Assembly: GCF_004010195.1 (NCBI RefSeq)
Contig: NC_057719.1
Coordinates: 12,563,969-12,627,968, forward strand
DNA from: Chiloscyllium plagiosum
Lineage: Eukaryota
Length of the DNA stretch: 64,000 bases
Direction: 5' to 3'
This document shows positions 13,329-26,537 of the stretch, piece after piece. A model generated the notes under the pieces. The model was not told the DNA's origin. It did no database searches and worked only from the letters and a program-made list of their open reading frames with translations. Within the stretch, counting starts at the first letter, position 1; each line of letters starts with the position of its first letter. Both the position numbers and the translations under genes were made by a program.

Positions 13329-13822
13329 GAAACTAATGAGCTATTAGTGAAAGAAAAAGTGTCACAGTCGAGGCAGCAGAGAAAAAAGATCAGCGAGCTT
13401 CAAAGGAAAGTGGAGAACCTGGAAAAAGCACTGGGACTCATGGCATCTGAGTTCGAGGCAGAAAAGCAAGCAATCAAACGAGAAACTGAACTTAGACTAG
13501 CAACTGGTAAGGTAGAGATTGCCAGGCTGCAGGCAGTGATTAAATTGAAAGATAAAGAGATGAATCGAGTAAAGAAGCTTGCCAAAAACATCCTGGATCA
13601 GCGCACTGAAGTGGAATTGTTTTTCCTGCAAGCCTTGGATGAAGTGAGGCTGCAGATCTTCCACAGTCGGGCTCACTACAAGCGGGCAGCCCAAGTTGCA
13701 TACCAGAAATTAATGCTGAAGGCAAGTACTGGCAAGGAGGAATATCCCAAAATCAGGACCTTTAACAAAAGTGAGCATAGCACAAACTGTGTGTACCAAG
13801 ATATGGAAGAAGCTGATAAGTG
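13329..13822 (+). CDS. BBOF1: BBOF1 large coding exon (ETNELLVKEK...KDKEMNRVKKLAKNILDQRTEVELFF...EYPKIRTF...EADK)
   Basis: ttccag acceptor, gtatgt donor, 494 nt. Near-identical to human MKDREMNRVKKLAKNILDERTEVERFF and EYPKIRTF. Confidence 0.96.
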
Positions 13823-14016
13823 GTATGTCAATATTGTTAGATTTTTAAAATTTTATATAATGCCTTTATATACATTGGTAAAGCTGTTGTGAAAATGCAT
13901 ATGCATATGATTAGCTTAGATTAGATTAGAGTGTGGAAACAGGCCCTTCGGCCCAACAATCCACACCAACCCGCCGAAGCGCAACCCACCCATATAGGTT
14001 GTTAAAATCTTTTTGG

Positions 14017-14258
14017 TGGAGATGGTGACATAATGATAATGTCACTGCATCAGTAATCAAGAGATCCAAGTTAATTCTCTGGGAACATGCATTCACATAC
14101 CACCATCCCTACATGTGTCTCCCAACTGAAAGCAAGTGATGTGACTGATGCTTAAATTCTCTCTGAAATAGCCTACCAAGGCATTCTGTTCATGGGCAGT
14201 TAGGTTGGGCTACAAATGCTGGTCTTGCCCATGAAACCCGTATCCCATATATGAATAA
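14017..14258 (+). mobile_element. Old tRNA-derived SINE of a second family (Deu-domain/SacSINE1-like)
   Basis: Head ggagatggtg...aatgtcactg...gtaatc shared with 59808-59910 (+) and 27965-28275 (-). Family name is tentative. Confidence 0.5.
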
Positions 14259-14680
14259 AGATTAGATTAGATTCCCTACAGTGTGGAAACAGGCCCTTCG
14301 GCCCAACAAGTCCACACCGACCCTCCGAAGAGTAACCCATCCACACCAAATTTCCCTCTGACTAATGCACTTAACACAATGGGCAATTTAGCATGGCCAA
14401 TCCACCTGACACAGTGTGGAAACAGGCCCTTCGGCCCAACAAGTCCACACCGACCCTCCGAAGAGTAACCCATCCACACCAAATTTCCCTCTGACTAATG
14501 CCAATCCACCTGACCTGCACATCTTTGGACTGTGGGAGGAAACCGGAGCACCTAAAGGAAACCCACGCAGACACGGGGAGAGTGTGCAAACTCCACACAG
14601 ACAGCCGCCCAAGGCTAGAATCGAACCCAGGTCCCTGGCACTGTGAGGCTGCAGTGCTAACCACTGAGCAACTGAGCCAC
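14259..14680 (-). mobile_element. HE1-like V-SINE with internal tandem duplication of its 3' part
   Basis: Same head and V domain as other copies. 14278-14368 is repeated at 14411-14501. Confidence 0.85.
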
Positions 14681-14898
14681 CATGTTTAGAGAAGTAAAAC
14701 TTGGAACAAATGCATAATTGTAGGTCTTTAATGTGTTTTAAGGATTAGGGGAATTCAGGGAATTGAGATGCAACAAATTTATAGAACTTGCTAATCGATT
14801 TATTTTGGAATGGTATTTAAGTTACTGTTGTTTGCTTCTCTTGCCCACAATCTCTCCATTAATTTTATTCTTAAATAAATCCAATTGGTGTTTTCTAG

Positions 14899-15000
14899 CA
14901 CTCATGTTGGAAAAGTAAATATCTCTGACTTAACTTGGGAGCAGAAAGAAAAGGTCCTGCGCCTACTGTTTGCAAAGATGAATGGATTCCAAACAAATAG
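14899..15000 (+). CDS. BBOF1: BBOF1 coding exon (THVGKVNISDLTWEQKEKVLRLLFAKMNG)
   Basis: ttttctag acceptor, gtatgt donor, 102 nt phase 2/2. DLTWEQKEKVLRLLFAKMNG matches the human motif. Confidence 0.95.
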
Positions 15001-15524
15001 GTATGTTGCATTGAAAGGTGATACCTTAATTGTGAATTTCAGAACATCAGATTGAATTACAATGCTCAGAAATGGTGACCGATATAGTGAATGCCATACA
15101 ATATTCAAATGATGCCAGGCCTCACTTTGCATCTATTTATTACTTTTATTATTTTGCAGTTTTCACTTGGATAATTTATTTGTTAATGAAATATCTGATA
15201 CAACACACTCCTAAAAGCCGTGTCTTCAAATTATCTGATAATTCTATGTTTTGGCACTAAATTCCCAATTTACTTTATTATTCATGCTGTTTGCTTCACC
15301 TGGATGAGCACTGAAAATGTGTTAACATAGAAATCATAGAATCTCTACAGTGTGTCCATTTGCCCAACAAGCCCACACCGCCTCTTCAAAGAGCATACCA
15401 CCATGCTACCCTATCCCTGTAACCCTGCATTTCTCATGGCCAATTTGTCAAGTATGATTTCCCTTGTGAAGCTTGATCAAATCATGTATTTATAAATACT
15501 CTTATTTATAATAGACTCTAACAT

Positions 15525-16024
15525 NNNNNNNNNNNNNNNNNNNNNNNNNNNNNNNNNNNNNNNNNNNNNNNNNNNNNNNNNNNNNNNNNNNNNNNNNNNN
15601 NNNNNNNNNNNNNNNNNNNNNNNNNNNNNNNNNNNNNNNNNNNNNNNNNNNNNNNNNNNNNNNNNNNNNNNNNNNNNNNNNNNNNNNNNNNNNNNNNNNN
15701 NNNNNNNNNNNNNNNNNNNNNNNNNNNNNNNNNNNNNNNNNNNNNNNNNNNNNNNNNNNNNNNNNNNNNNNNNNNNNNNNNNNNNNNNNNNNNNNNNNNN
15801 NNNNNNNNNNNNNNNNNNNNNNNNNNNNNNNNNNNNNNNNNNNNNNNNNNNNNNNNNNNNNNNNNNNNNNNNNNNNNNNNNNNNNNNNNNNNNNNNNNNN
15901 NNNNNNNNNNNNNNNNNNNNNNNNNNNNNNNNNNNNNNNNNNNNNNNNNNNNNNNNNNNNNNNNNNNNNNNNNNNNNNNNNNNNNNNNNNNNNNNNNNNN
16001 NNNNNNNNNNNNNNNNNNNNNNNN
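15525..16024. other. Assembly gap, exactly 500 N (placeholder size)
   Basis: Direct count. Other gaps: 30930-30949, 40933-41475, 54101-54191, 55911-56284. Confidence 0.98.
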
Positions 16025-16911
16025 ATAAACAAGCAGGAGCCTGGAACAACACAGCAAGCCAGGCAGCGTCAGGAGATGGTGGAGTTAATGCTTTGGTGTA
16101 AATCTTCTTCAGGATCTATGACTCTAAGTGACTTGTCCTGAGCTGGCATAAATCTCTTCTAGGAAGAAACTAAACTTGCTTCTAAACTCAACCCTGGTGT
16201 CTTCTGAACTGAAAACAAAGCTAATCCCCTAAACTTTTTTTCACCGGGTCAAAATCCTGAATTACCTCGTGAATGGCATTGTGGGTCAACCCACAGCAGG
16301 TGGACTGCATGCTTTAAGAAACCAGTTCACCAGCATCTTCTCAAGGGCAACTAGGGATGGGCAATAAATGCTGGACAGCCAGCAACATCCACATCCCACC
16401 AGTGAATTGAAAAAATTTACCTTACCTGTCATATAACATAATGTAAGTATGTGTGAAGTTCTATCCTTTAATATCATTGGTGTCTGCAGTTAGTTGCATT
16501 ATTAAATGTTAGCTTCAGTCACTGTCTGAGAGGATTGTGTGACTTTGTTCTCTTTTAAAGAAAACCCTTCAGAGAAGTAACTCAACCCCCCCCACCCTGT
16601 TTTTATTTTGAAATTTAAATTCCAAGAATTGTATTATTGCACCTTTCATCATTTGGTTCAGGAGGGAATTCTTTGATTAGTTAGAGTGATGAAACCATTA
16701 CACTATGTCTGGCTACACTCATTGCTGAAAGGACTGGCTATAATGTTAATAGCGTTAGACTGGTCAGCAATGGTTGCCGGAATTAATATTTTGTAAATGA
16801 TTTTACATTTTCTTTGCTAGCTTTTTGGTTTACTCATTGCTTGATTATTCAATAGGCTAGTATGCATGCAGTGTGCATAATCCATATTATGAATCTCTCA
16901 TTTACTTGTAG

Positions 16912-16971
16912 TCTGAAGAGGAAACAACTTCCTGAAAATGGAGTGACTGCAAAGGAGCCAGAAGCAGCTAG
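16912..16971 (+). CDS. BBOF1: Probable BBOF1 penultimate coding exon (LKRKQLPENGVTAKEPEAA)
   Basis: tttacttgtag acceptor, gtaaag donor, 60 nt phase 2/2, open and frame-compatible with both neighbours. The peptide itself is poorly conserved. Confidence 0.65.
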
Positions 16972-17097
16972 GTAAAGAACAGACTCTATAAATATCCTTC
17001 AGTACAGATAGTTTCATTTTATTCGTCAACAGCTGTGCAGAAAACGTAATTTAATTATGGACTTCCATGAGTATTGTAATAAAGTGATGCCATACAT

Positions 17098-17605
17098 TTC
17101 GGAAGGATATTGTGAAATTGAAAGGATTCAGAAAAGGTTTACAAGGATGTTGCCAGGGTTGGAGGATTTGAGCTATAAGGAGAGGCTCAATAGGCTGGGG
17201 CCTTTTTTCCTGGAGTGTCAGAGGCTGAGGGGTGACCTTATAGAAGTTTATAAAATCATGAAAGGCATGGATAGGGTAAATTGACAAGTTTTTTCCCTGA
17301 AGTGGGGGAGTCCAGAACTAGAGGGCATAGGTTTAGGTGAGAGGGGAAAGATATAAAAGGGACCTGAGGGACAATATTTTCATGCAGAGGATGGTGTGTG
17401 TATGGAATGAGCTGCCAGAGGAAGTTGTGGAAGCTGGTACAATTACAGCATTTAAAAGGCATCTGGATGGGTACATGAATAGGAAGGGTTTGGAGGGATA
17501 TGGGCCGGGTGCTCGCAAATTGGACTAGATTAAATTAGGATATCTGGTTGGCATGGACGAGTTGAACCAAAGAGTCTGTTTCTGTGCTGTACATCTCTAT
17601 GACTA
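17098..17605 (+). mobile_element. CR1 LINE 3' fragment
   Basis: ERIQKRFTRMLPGLEDLSYKERL, RGDLIEVYKIM, ctctatgact tail. Confidence 0.9.
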
Positions 17606-19443
17606 AATGTAGGCATATACTGATGGCCCGATTATGGTGATTTGATTGAGGGTGGATTTACATCTTTGCCCATTAGATGACCTATCATTACCGGAGAATA
17701 AACTTATGCTCACAAGTTATAATAACAAAGTCTGCATCATCCTGAAGGCCGTTTGATGCTGGCATTGGGGTGTGCTGGGTAACCTTCAACTTGCAGTTTT
17801 TCTCATTTCCTCCCTTTTGGTTTCCTGATTGTACATGGATTTATGGATGGAAGCAGTCAAATTGTTTAGAAACTAGTACAGGCTGGGGAGTGGGAACAAG
17901 AAAAAACTTGCCTTTTGATTTTGTCATCTCCTTGCCCCTGCCTCCTCAGTTGACATCATCCTCAGCCATGTTCAATCCATTCCTTGCGCATTTACTCTCC
18001 AGGACCACGATAAGGGATAGAGGTCCCCTTGTCCTCGCCTTCCATTCTCCACATTTGAATCTACATTCAAAGGATCATCTTCTGCCCTATCCTGCAGGAT
18101 ATCACCAGCAAACACATCTTCCCTCACATCTTTCCATAAGGGAATCCTCTGTGACCCTGATCTACTCCTCCATCGCTGCCAACATCTCATTTCCTGCCTG
18201 CTCACACCCAAATTGCACCTTATGATGCAATTGCAGAAACTGTAACGCTTGGCCCTTTACCTCCTGGCTTCTCACTCTTCAAGGCCCCAAACTCTCCACA
18301 TCTTTGTAAATTGGTTTTTATAGTTGTACTTTCAGTTAGAACTCGTCTTTATTATTATTAGCATGTCTTCTATGTCTTGTCTCCTCCACATCCATAAGGA
18401 CAATCAGTTTCTTTTATTCAATAACACATTTTATCTCCAATTTTTCTTAACATTTCCCAGACTTGTTCTTCTGTTCTATTTGTTCCTTCTCAACATCACA
18501 AAACCAATGATAATTCCAACTCTGGGTTGGAAGAAGTGATGTTGGTCTCAGAATGTTAACTGTTTGTCTGTCTCCATGGATGCTCGCAGATGTATTGAGT
18601 TTCTCTAGCACCTTGTATTTTTACATCAGATATTTTTGCATCAGCAGTATTTTTCTTTCATCACAATAAGGCTCTTTCAGATCCAGTGAATGATTTATGT
18701 ATACCCAACATTTTATTTTTGCAGTATGGATTAAAGGGGGATTAGTTAATATATCAGCACTGTACAGTTTAGAAATATTTGTCATAAATGTGTATGTTGC
18801 GTAAATGTTGTTTCGTGATGGCTAGCTCACTTTATATTTTCCAATGTATATTAAACTGGGGAAAGGGCTTCAAAGTGGGAAAGAACCACAACAGACTGAA
18901 GGTGAACCAACACTTCTTATTGCAGTAGGAGCACCATGGGTCGTCATTGTACTTTCAGAGATGTCCTTCCCTTTTCTTAATTTTTTGCCTGAAAAACCTC
19001 AATGTCTGAACCAAAGGGACTGTCATACCTAATATAAGGCAAAGCAAAGAACTGCAGATGCTTCTTCCAGTTCTGAAGAAGGGTGACTAGGTTTGAAATA
19101 TTAACTGCTTTAACTCTGCAAATGCTGCCAAAACTGCTAAGTTTCTCCAGCAATTTAAATTTCTGCACTGATTGATCTGCATTGCTACCATAGAACACAG
19201 AAGTTCAACAATAAGAAATAATTGACTTTGTAAATCAAATAATACCTTAATGGAGAAAACTTGTACCAAACTGATAAGTAAAATATAAAACAAATTAATG
19301 ACAGATTCTAAGCTTTGCAGAACAGAAGCAATTTAGGAAGTTGAAAACTAGATATGTTTAGCAGCTCTACATAATTTTCACAGTCTATATTATTTTATCC
19401 TTCTCATTTCAAAAGTCTGACCTGAACACTATTTCCTTCACAG

Positions 19444-19573
19444 CCTTCAAGATGAGAAGCACAGTCCGACATTTATCACTCAGGCTCCTGTTGAACCTGA
19501 ATCAAGCCCTATCAACAGCTTATCAGATCAGCTGCCCCAAGAAATTATATTACCAGATATAGTGTCAAAATAG
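19444..19573 (+). CDS. BBOF1: BBOF1 last coding exon (LQDEKHSPTFITQ...IILPDIVSK*)
   Basis: ttccttcacag acceptor, TAG at 19571-19573. FITQ and LP motifs as in the human C-terminus. Confidence 0.85.
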
Positions 19574-20274
19574 AAGAACCAAACAGTAGTTTAATATATT
19601 AATATTTTAAAATGAGTACATGAAAACAAATCATGAAATTAAAATATAAGAGAAAGTGCTTAAAATCTTTCTTCTGTCTTTTATGGCTTGTGTTAAGATT
19701 TCAAAAAGCATGTAACTGAAACAAACAAGGAAGCTATTTTGAACTCATCATACAATGGTAGGAATGTGGGGATACTTTTTTTTATTTGAACTCTCTTGAA
19801 CTGGAGTCACAGTGTTCCAGAGAGAAGCTAGGTGGATTTCTGGTGGATATTCTGAAGGATGTGGGAGAAACATCTGGAAAAACATAGAATTTTGGTAGTG
19901 GTGTTGGGTTGGGGTGGACACAGTAAGTTTTTAGCAAATAATTAAACCTGAAAGGAGGCTTTATGTATTTGTTCATGGAATGGGGCAATCCTGGTATGTA
20001 TTGCCCATATTTAATTGCCCTTGAGCTGGTGGCAGTGAGTTGTCTACTTGAACTGCGGTGTAGGTACATCCATAATGCTGATAAGGGGGGATTTCCAGGA
20101 TTTTGACCTAAAGATAATGAAGGAAAGGTGGCATAGTTGCAACTCAAGATATTGTGCAGCTTGACAGGGAAGGGTGACATTATCATGTATCTGCAGCCCT
20201 TAGCCTTCTAGATCTCCATTCCTTTAAAGTACTTTAGGAATGTAAGTGCAAGCCAGGATCTAGTCCAAGTAAAG

Positions 20275-20280
20275 AATAAA
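20275..20280 (+). terminator. Candidate BBOF1 polyadenylation signal AATAAA
   Basis: Canonical AATAAA ~700 nt after the stop, followed by AT-rich sequence. No transcript evidence. Confidence 0.4.
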
Positions 20281-21260
20281 TGTCATTTTAATACTATATA
20301 AATATAAAACTAAGTGTATATATAGTTATTCACCAATGTCAGTGTGACACGTGATTGCATATTATCTGCCAATGCTTTGAAGTCTGGGTTATAGTTTGAG
20401 ATTTGCTGATCAATCAATTTGATTGACTGTATATAATCATCAAACTCAAACTGTGAGGGGATGTGATACTTGGACTTGATTACCTTCATTTGGGAGGACA
20501 GTGTCACAGAGATATGTAAGTTTGCATGCTAAAAGCACAGGATGATTGGAAATGGGTATTTTTCTGTTTACAAGTCCCCAAACATTTATCAGACTTTATT
20601 ACATTATTTGCTTAATAATTATCTCAATTTCAACTTTACTGTTTTGTAAATCAAACACCTAATAGAATTTGGTAGGCAATCCATCAATGTATACGAGGAA
20701 TGGATTTGAGGGAGACATGATGATTTGATGACATCCAATTCCTGAAATCACCTGTTGAATTCCTCTGCTAACTTACTCAGTACGCACAGGTTTGTGGCTA
20801 GAACTACTTATGTCTTTTTTTTCTAGTATGTTCACCAGAAGAGTGTGTTTGCTTTTTAATTTCTTTTAAATTGACTCATGGGACATAGGTGTCGCTGGCT
20901 GACTATTGCCTGTCCCTAGCTGTCCTTGAGAAGGTAGTGGTGAGCTGTCTTCTTCAACCACTATAGTCCATGTGCTGTCCGTTGTCCCACAAGGCTATCA
21001 GGGAGGGAATTTCAGAATTTTGATCCAGCAGCTGTGAAGGAACAGCAATATATTTCCAAGTCAGGATGGTGAATGGCTTGGAGGGGAACTAACAAGTGGT
21101 GGTGTTCCCATATAACTTGCCATTGTCCTTCTAGATAGAAGTAGTCGTGAGTTTGGAGGTTGCTGGTAAGGATCTTTGATGACTTTCTGCAGTACATCTT
21201 GTAAATAGTGCACACTGCTGCTGAGCGTCGGTGGTGGAGGGAGTGGATGCTTGTGGCATT

Positions 21261-22150
21261 GTTGCTAGGTTTGCAGATGACACAAAGATAGATGGAGGGA
21301 CAGGTTGCATTGAGGAAGTGGGGAGGCTGCAGACATGTCTGGCAAGTAGACAAAGAAGTGTCTGATAGAATACAATGTAGCAAAGTGTGACATTACACAT
21401 TTTGATAGGAAGGATAGAGGCATTGACTATTTTCTAAACAGGGAAAGGCTTTGGAAAGCTGAAGTGCAAGTGGACTTGGGAGTCCTCTATAAGGATTCTC
21501 TTAAGATTAACGTGCAGGTTCAGTTGTACTTACGAAGGTAAATGCAATGTTGACATTCATTATAAGAGGGCTAGAAAACTATAGAAGAATTGTAGTGCTG
21601 AGGCTGAGTAAGCCTGTGGTCAGATCACATTGGGAATATTGTGAAAAGTGAAGGAAGATATACTGACGTAGGAGAAATTCCAGAGGACGTTTACAAGAAT
21701 GATCCCAAGGATGAAGGGCTTATCATATGAGAAACATTTGAAGACTCTGGGTTTGTACTTGATGGAGTTGAATTGCAACTTACAGGATACAGAAACCTTG
21801 TTAGAGTGGACATGCAGAAGATGTCTCCACTAGGAGGAGATTCTAAGACGCAGGAGCACAACCTCAGAGTGATGGGTTGACCCTTTAGAACTAGATGGGG
21901 AGGAATTTCTTCAAACTGAGGATGGTGACTCTGTGGAACTCGTTGCCACACTAGACTGTGGAGGCCAAGCCATTGAGTGTATTTAAGACAGAAGCAGATA
22001 TGTTCTTGATTAGTAAGGGAATCAAGGGTTGTGGGGAGAAGGCAGGAAAATGGGGTGAGAATCATTTCAAGCGTGATTGAGTCTGCTTCACTATTCAATG
22101 GCTGAATGCCCTAATTCTGCTACTATGTCTTATGGTCTTTTAGTCTTATG
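21261..22150 (+). mobile_element. CR1 RT 3' fragment nested in the older LINE
   Basis: Begins at the FADDTK motif (tttgcagatgacacaaag) and ends in a tcttatgg tail. Confidence 0.75.
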
Positions 22151-22688
22151 AAGGTAGTGCCAATCAATCAGGTTGCTTTGTCCTTGATGATGTCAAGCTT
22201 CTTGAGTGCTGTTGGAGCTGCACCCATCCAGGCAAGTGGGGAGTATTCCATCACACTCTGGACATGTACATTATAGATGATGGACAAGCTTTGGGAGTCA
22301 GAAGGTGAGTTACTCGCAGCAGTATTCTGAGCCTCTGATCTGCACTTGTAGCCACTGTTTTTAACGTGGCAAGTCCAGTTGAATTTCGGGTCAATGGTAA
22401 CCCCAAGGATGTAGATAGTGGGAGATTCGGTGATGATAACACCATTAAATGTCAAGGGGTAGTGATTAGATTGTCTCATTGGAGATGGTCATTGCCTGGC
22501 ATTTGTGTGTCGCACATGTTACTTGACATTTGCATTGGAACATGGACTGCTTCAGTATCTAAGGAGTCACAAATGGTGCTGAACATTGAGCAATTATCTG
22601 CAAACGTCCCCACTTCTAATCTTATGATGAAGGGAAGGTCGTTGATGAAGCAGCTGATGATGGTTGGGCCTAGGACACTATTCTGAGG

Positions 22689-22828
22689 TTAAAAATCACA
22701 CAACACCAGGTTATAGTCCAACAGGTTTATTTGGAAGCATTAGCTTTCGGAGCGCTGCTCCTTCATCAGGTGTTGTATAATTTTTAACTTTGTCCACCCC
22801 AGTCTAACACTGGCTCCTCCACATCAGG
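22689..22828 (-). mobile_element. Miniature PLE-derived insertion (family B) with hammerhead core at 22741-22772
   Basis: TSD actattct(g/a)agg at 22677-22688 and 22829-22840. Minus strand reads CTGATGA-A-GGAGC(agc)GCTCC-GAAA-GC-TA. Confidence 0.75.
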
Positions 22829-23264
22829 ACTATTCTAAGGGACTCCTCAGAGAGATGTCCTAGAGCTGAGAAAACTGACCTCCAATAACCATAACCATCT
22901 TCCTAAGTACCAGGTATGACATAACCAGCAGTGTGTTTGGCCCCCAATTCCCCTTGATTCTAGTTTTGCTAGGGCTCCTTCATGCCACAAATGTATCCTT
23001 GATGTCAAGGGCTGTCACTCTCACCTCACCTCTGGAATTCAGCTTTTTTGTCCATATTTGAACCAAGGCTGTCAGAGGCAAATGGCCCTGGCAGAACCCA
23101 AACTGGGCATCAGTTAGCAGATTATTGCTGTGCAGGTACTGCTACATAGCATTGTTGATGACACCTTCTGTCACTTTACCAATGGTCATGATTGTACGTA
23201 ATTGGCTGAGTTGTATTTGTCCTGCTTTTTGTGTACAGGACATACCTGGCAATTTTCCACATTG

Positions 23265-24892
23265 GACCAAGTGAAGTCTGCAGACGCTGGAGATCAGAGT
23301 TGAGTGTGGTACTGGAAAAGCTCAGCAGGTCAGGCAGCATTGGAGGAGCAGGAGAATCGACGTTTCAGGCATAAGCCCTTCATCAGGAATGAGGCTTGTG
23401 AGCCAAGGGGGGAGAGAGATAAATGGGAGGGGCTGGGGCTGGGGTGAAGGTGCTGAGGGTGTGCTAGGTAGTTGAAGGTGGGGGTAATGGTGATAGGTTG
23501 GACAGAAGGGTGGAGTGGATAGGTGGGAAGAAAGATGGACAGGTGGGACAGGTCATGAGGGTGGTGCCAAGTTAAAAGATTGGATCTGGGAAAAGGTGGG
23601 GGGGGAGGGGGAATGAGGAAACTGATGAAATCCACATTAATCCCGTGAGGTTGGAGGGTCCCAAGGTGGAAGATGAGATGTTCTTCCTCCAGGCATTGGG
23701 TCATTAATGTTTGGTGATGGAGGAGGCTCAGCACCTGCATGTCCTTGGTGGAGTGGGAGGAGGAGTTGAAGTGTTTGGCCACAAGGCAGCGGGGTTGATT
23801 CGTGGAGATGTTCTCTGAAGTGTTCAGTAAGTAGGTGTCCTGTTTCCCCAGTGTAGAGGAGACCGCATCGGGAGCAATGGATACAGTAAATGACATGTGT
23901 GGAAGTGCAGTTAAATCTATGATGGATGTGGAAGGCTCCTTTGGGAACCTGGATGGAGGTGAGAAGTAAGCCCGGAAGTGAAGGCGGCAGAAGAAGTGTT
24001 CGATGTTGCAACGTGTGTTGGATTTGTTGATCCGGGAGGAGAGGGGAATGAAGGTAAGGCCTTTACTGAGGACTCTCCAACCAAGGACAGATCACCCCTG
24101 GTCCTCACCTTCCACCCTGACAACCTCCATATACATTGTATCATCCTCTGCCATTTCCACCACCTACAAATGGACCTCCTACTAGGGATATATTTCCCTC
24201 CCCCACCCCATCTGCATTCGGTAAATACAATTCCCTCCGCGACTCTCTTGTCAGGTCCATGCTACCCAACCAACGCACCCCACCCTCCTGGCATCTTCTC
24301 CTGCCACTGCAAGAATTGCAGAACCTGCGCCCGCACCTCTCCCATCACCTCCATCCAGGGCCCCAAAGGGCCTTCCACATCCATCATAGATTTAACTGCA
24401 CTTCCACATGTCATTTATTGTATCTGTTGCTCCCAGTGTGATCTCCTCTACATTGTGGAGACAGAATGCCTACTTGCAGAACGCTTCAGAGAACATTTCC
24501 GGGATACATACAACCTCACCGCCTTGTGGCCGAACACTTTAACTCCCCCTCTCACTCCGCCAAGGACATGCAGGTGCTGGGCCTCCTCCATTGCCAAACC
24601 CTAACCGCCTGATGCCTGGAGGAAGAATGGCTCATCTTCCGCCTTGGATCCCTCCAACTCAACGAGATTAATGTGAATTTCACCAGTTTCCTCATTTCCA
24701 TTACTCCCAATATCATCTACCTATCACAATCTCAACTACCTTACTCCCAGCCACATCCCCCTCCCATTTATCTCTTTACCCCCTTGGCTCACAAACCTCA
24801 TTCCTGATGAAGGGTTTATGACTGAAACATGGATTCTCCTGCTCCTCAGATGCTGCCTGACCTGCTGTGCCTTTCCAGGTCCACGCTCTTGA
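23265..24892. mobile_element. Fold-back Neptune-type PLE: two inverted GIY-YIG/pLTR arms with 15-bp TSD
   Basis: TSD caattttccacattg at 23250-23264 and 24893-24907. VIYCIHCSRCGLLYTGETG on minus, VIYCICCSQCDLLYIVETE on plus. Hammerhead cores near 23357-23388 (-) and ~24804 (+, degenerate). Confidence 0.88.
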
Positions 24893-25699
24893 CAATTTTC
24901 CACATTGTCATGTAGATGCCAATGTTGTAACTGTACTGGTGACGAGGGGAGCGGCAACTTCCAGAGCAAAATTCTTCAATGCTATTTCTGGAAAGCTGAC
25001 AGGGTCCAAAATCTTTCACACTGTCAGTTTTTCCGACCATTTCTTCAAGTCACGTGGAGTGAACTGAATTGTTTGAAGACTGATATCTGAGATGCAGGAG
25101 ACCACTGGAGAAGGCCAAGATGGATCATCCATTCAGCACTTTTGGCTGAAGATTGTTGCAAACACTTCAGCCTTATCTTTTGCACTGAAGTGTTGGGCTC
25201 CTCTATCATTGAGATGGAGTTCCTTCCTCCCTCCAGTGAGTCGTTTAATTTTCCACTACCATTGACAACTGGATGTGACAGGACTGCAGAACCTAGATCT
25301 GATCCATTGGTTGTGGGATCACTTAGCTTTATCACTTGCTAGTTATACGGTTTGGTATCCAAGTAGTCCCGCTTGGTTGCTTCAGCAGGTTGATGTCGCA
25401 TTTTTAGGAATGCCTGAACCACCCTTTCATGCTCTCTCCATTGACCCAGAATTGATCCTCTGACCTGATGGTAATGGTTGAATGGGGATGTGCCATGCCT
25501 TGAGGTTGCAGATTATGCTGGAGTCCACATCTGTTGCTGTTGATGAATAACAGTGCTTCGTGGATGCCAGTTCTGAGTCTGTCCAATTTAGCATGTTGAT
25601 AGTACTCCAGAACACAATGGATTCTCAATATGAAGGCAGGATTTTGTCTCTCGGACCATGCAGTGGTCACTGCGTGGACCACAGATCCAGTTTTAGTTT

Positions 25700-26520
25700 G
25701 TACGCATTCATAGATTATGTGTGCTAAATCTCTATGCTATTCTTGTAGTTAAGGTCATTCAGTTGTAACATTATGTCTGTAAGGAATCTGAAGTTGAGCA
25801 ACCACGGATTGTCTGACAGCTCGCTGCACATTTCATTCCTTGATTTAAGAAAAATTACAATTTCAAGCATCATATCTAAAATTCTCTGCAGGACCTTCCC
25901 ATGACTTAACACCTTAAATCAGAACTGGTGATTAGTTCACCAGAGGCAGCATCGAATTTGTTGAGTAAAAATTTAAACAAGTAGTGCTGGAGGTCTCTTG
26001 CTAATGCTTACTGATGGGTCATACAGTGGTAATTAACAAAGGGGAAAATCAGGATTTCTGCAAAGTATAACAAACTCTGCATGGCTGGTATACCATCAGT
26101 TGTGAAAGAAATCAGTTTCTTGATTAGAATATTTTTCTCAAGCATGTACCTTTTGAATTCATTGTGATACCCTAACACCTTGTTCTCTCTTTTAAGGGAT
26201 AAAAAAAGTGACAAGCTTGATTGTTGTATTCTTGTTTGATTGTTATGTCCTTAAATTCAACTGGACTATCTATCAGATCAACAAATTAATTCAAGTACAG
26301 TGAAGGATTTGCAATCCTTCAGGTCCTGCTGCAGTTACTGAAAGACCTTCTTGGACAAAGATTCCACATATCTGACTATTGTGGAAGTACAAAGTGACAC
26401 ACTCTGAATACTGTGAATAAAAGGTCAGTAACCACAGTGATTGCTTCTTTAATTTCTTTGTCATTTGTGAATGATTTATATTTTGCCAGAGGATGGAAAG
26501 TGGTAAATGATGCTTCAGTG
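25700..26520 (-). mobile_element. hAT (Buster/SPIN/GTF2IRD2-like) transposase fossil
   Basis: LISFTTDGIPAM, YHCMTHQ (CxxH), WLSHGKVLQR, WLLNFRFLTDIMLQLNDLN. A likely N-terminal piece YNFHAEW lies at ~28320-28420. Frameshifted. Confidence 0.7.
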
Positions 26521-26537
26521 CAGTCCTTACGTTTCAC

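Larger units (their letters stand above)
20875..25680 (-). mobile_element. Decayed non-LTR LINE (CR1/L2 superclade) hosting nested CR1 and PLE insertions
   Basis: PLTFNG...ILGVTIDPKFNWTCH, SVMEYSPLAWMGAAPT and LDIK...W RT motif. Same family as 46790-47360 and 61000-61330 (+). Confidence 0.7.

Noticed and set aside
13821..14899. Split codon TG|C giving Cys where human BBOF1 has Trp, as a sign of mis-splicing or pseudogenisation
   Set aside because: Both splice sites are canonical and the frame stays open through conserved motifs. An ordinary substitution is the simpler reading.
15477..16057. Long ORFs over N runs (also 40716-41695, 46069-46738, 55872-56453)
   Set aside because: Artefacts of translating assembly gaps.
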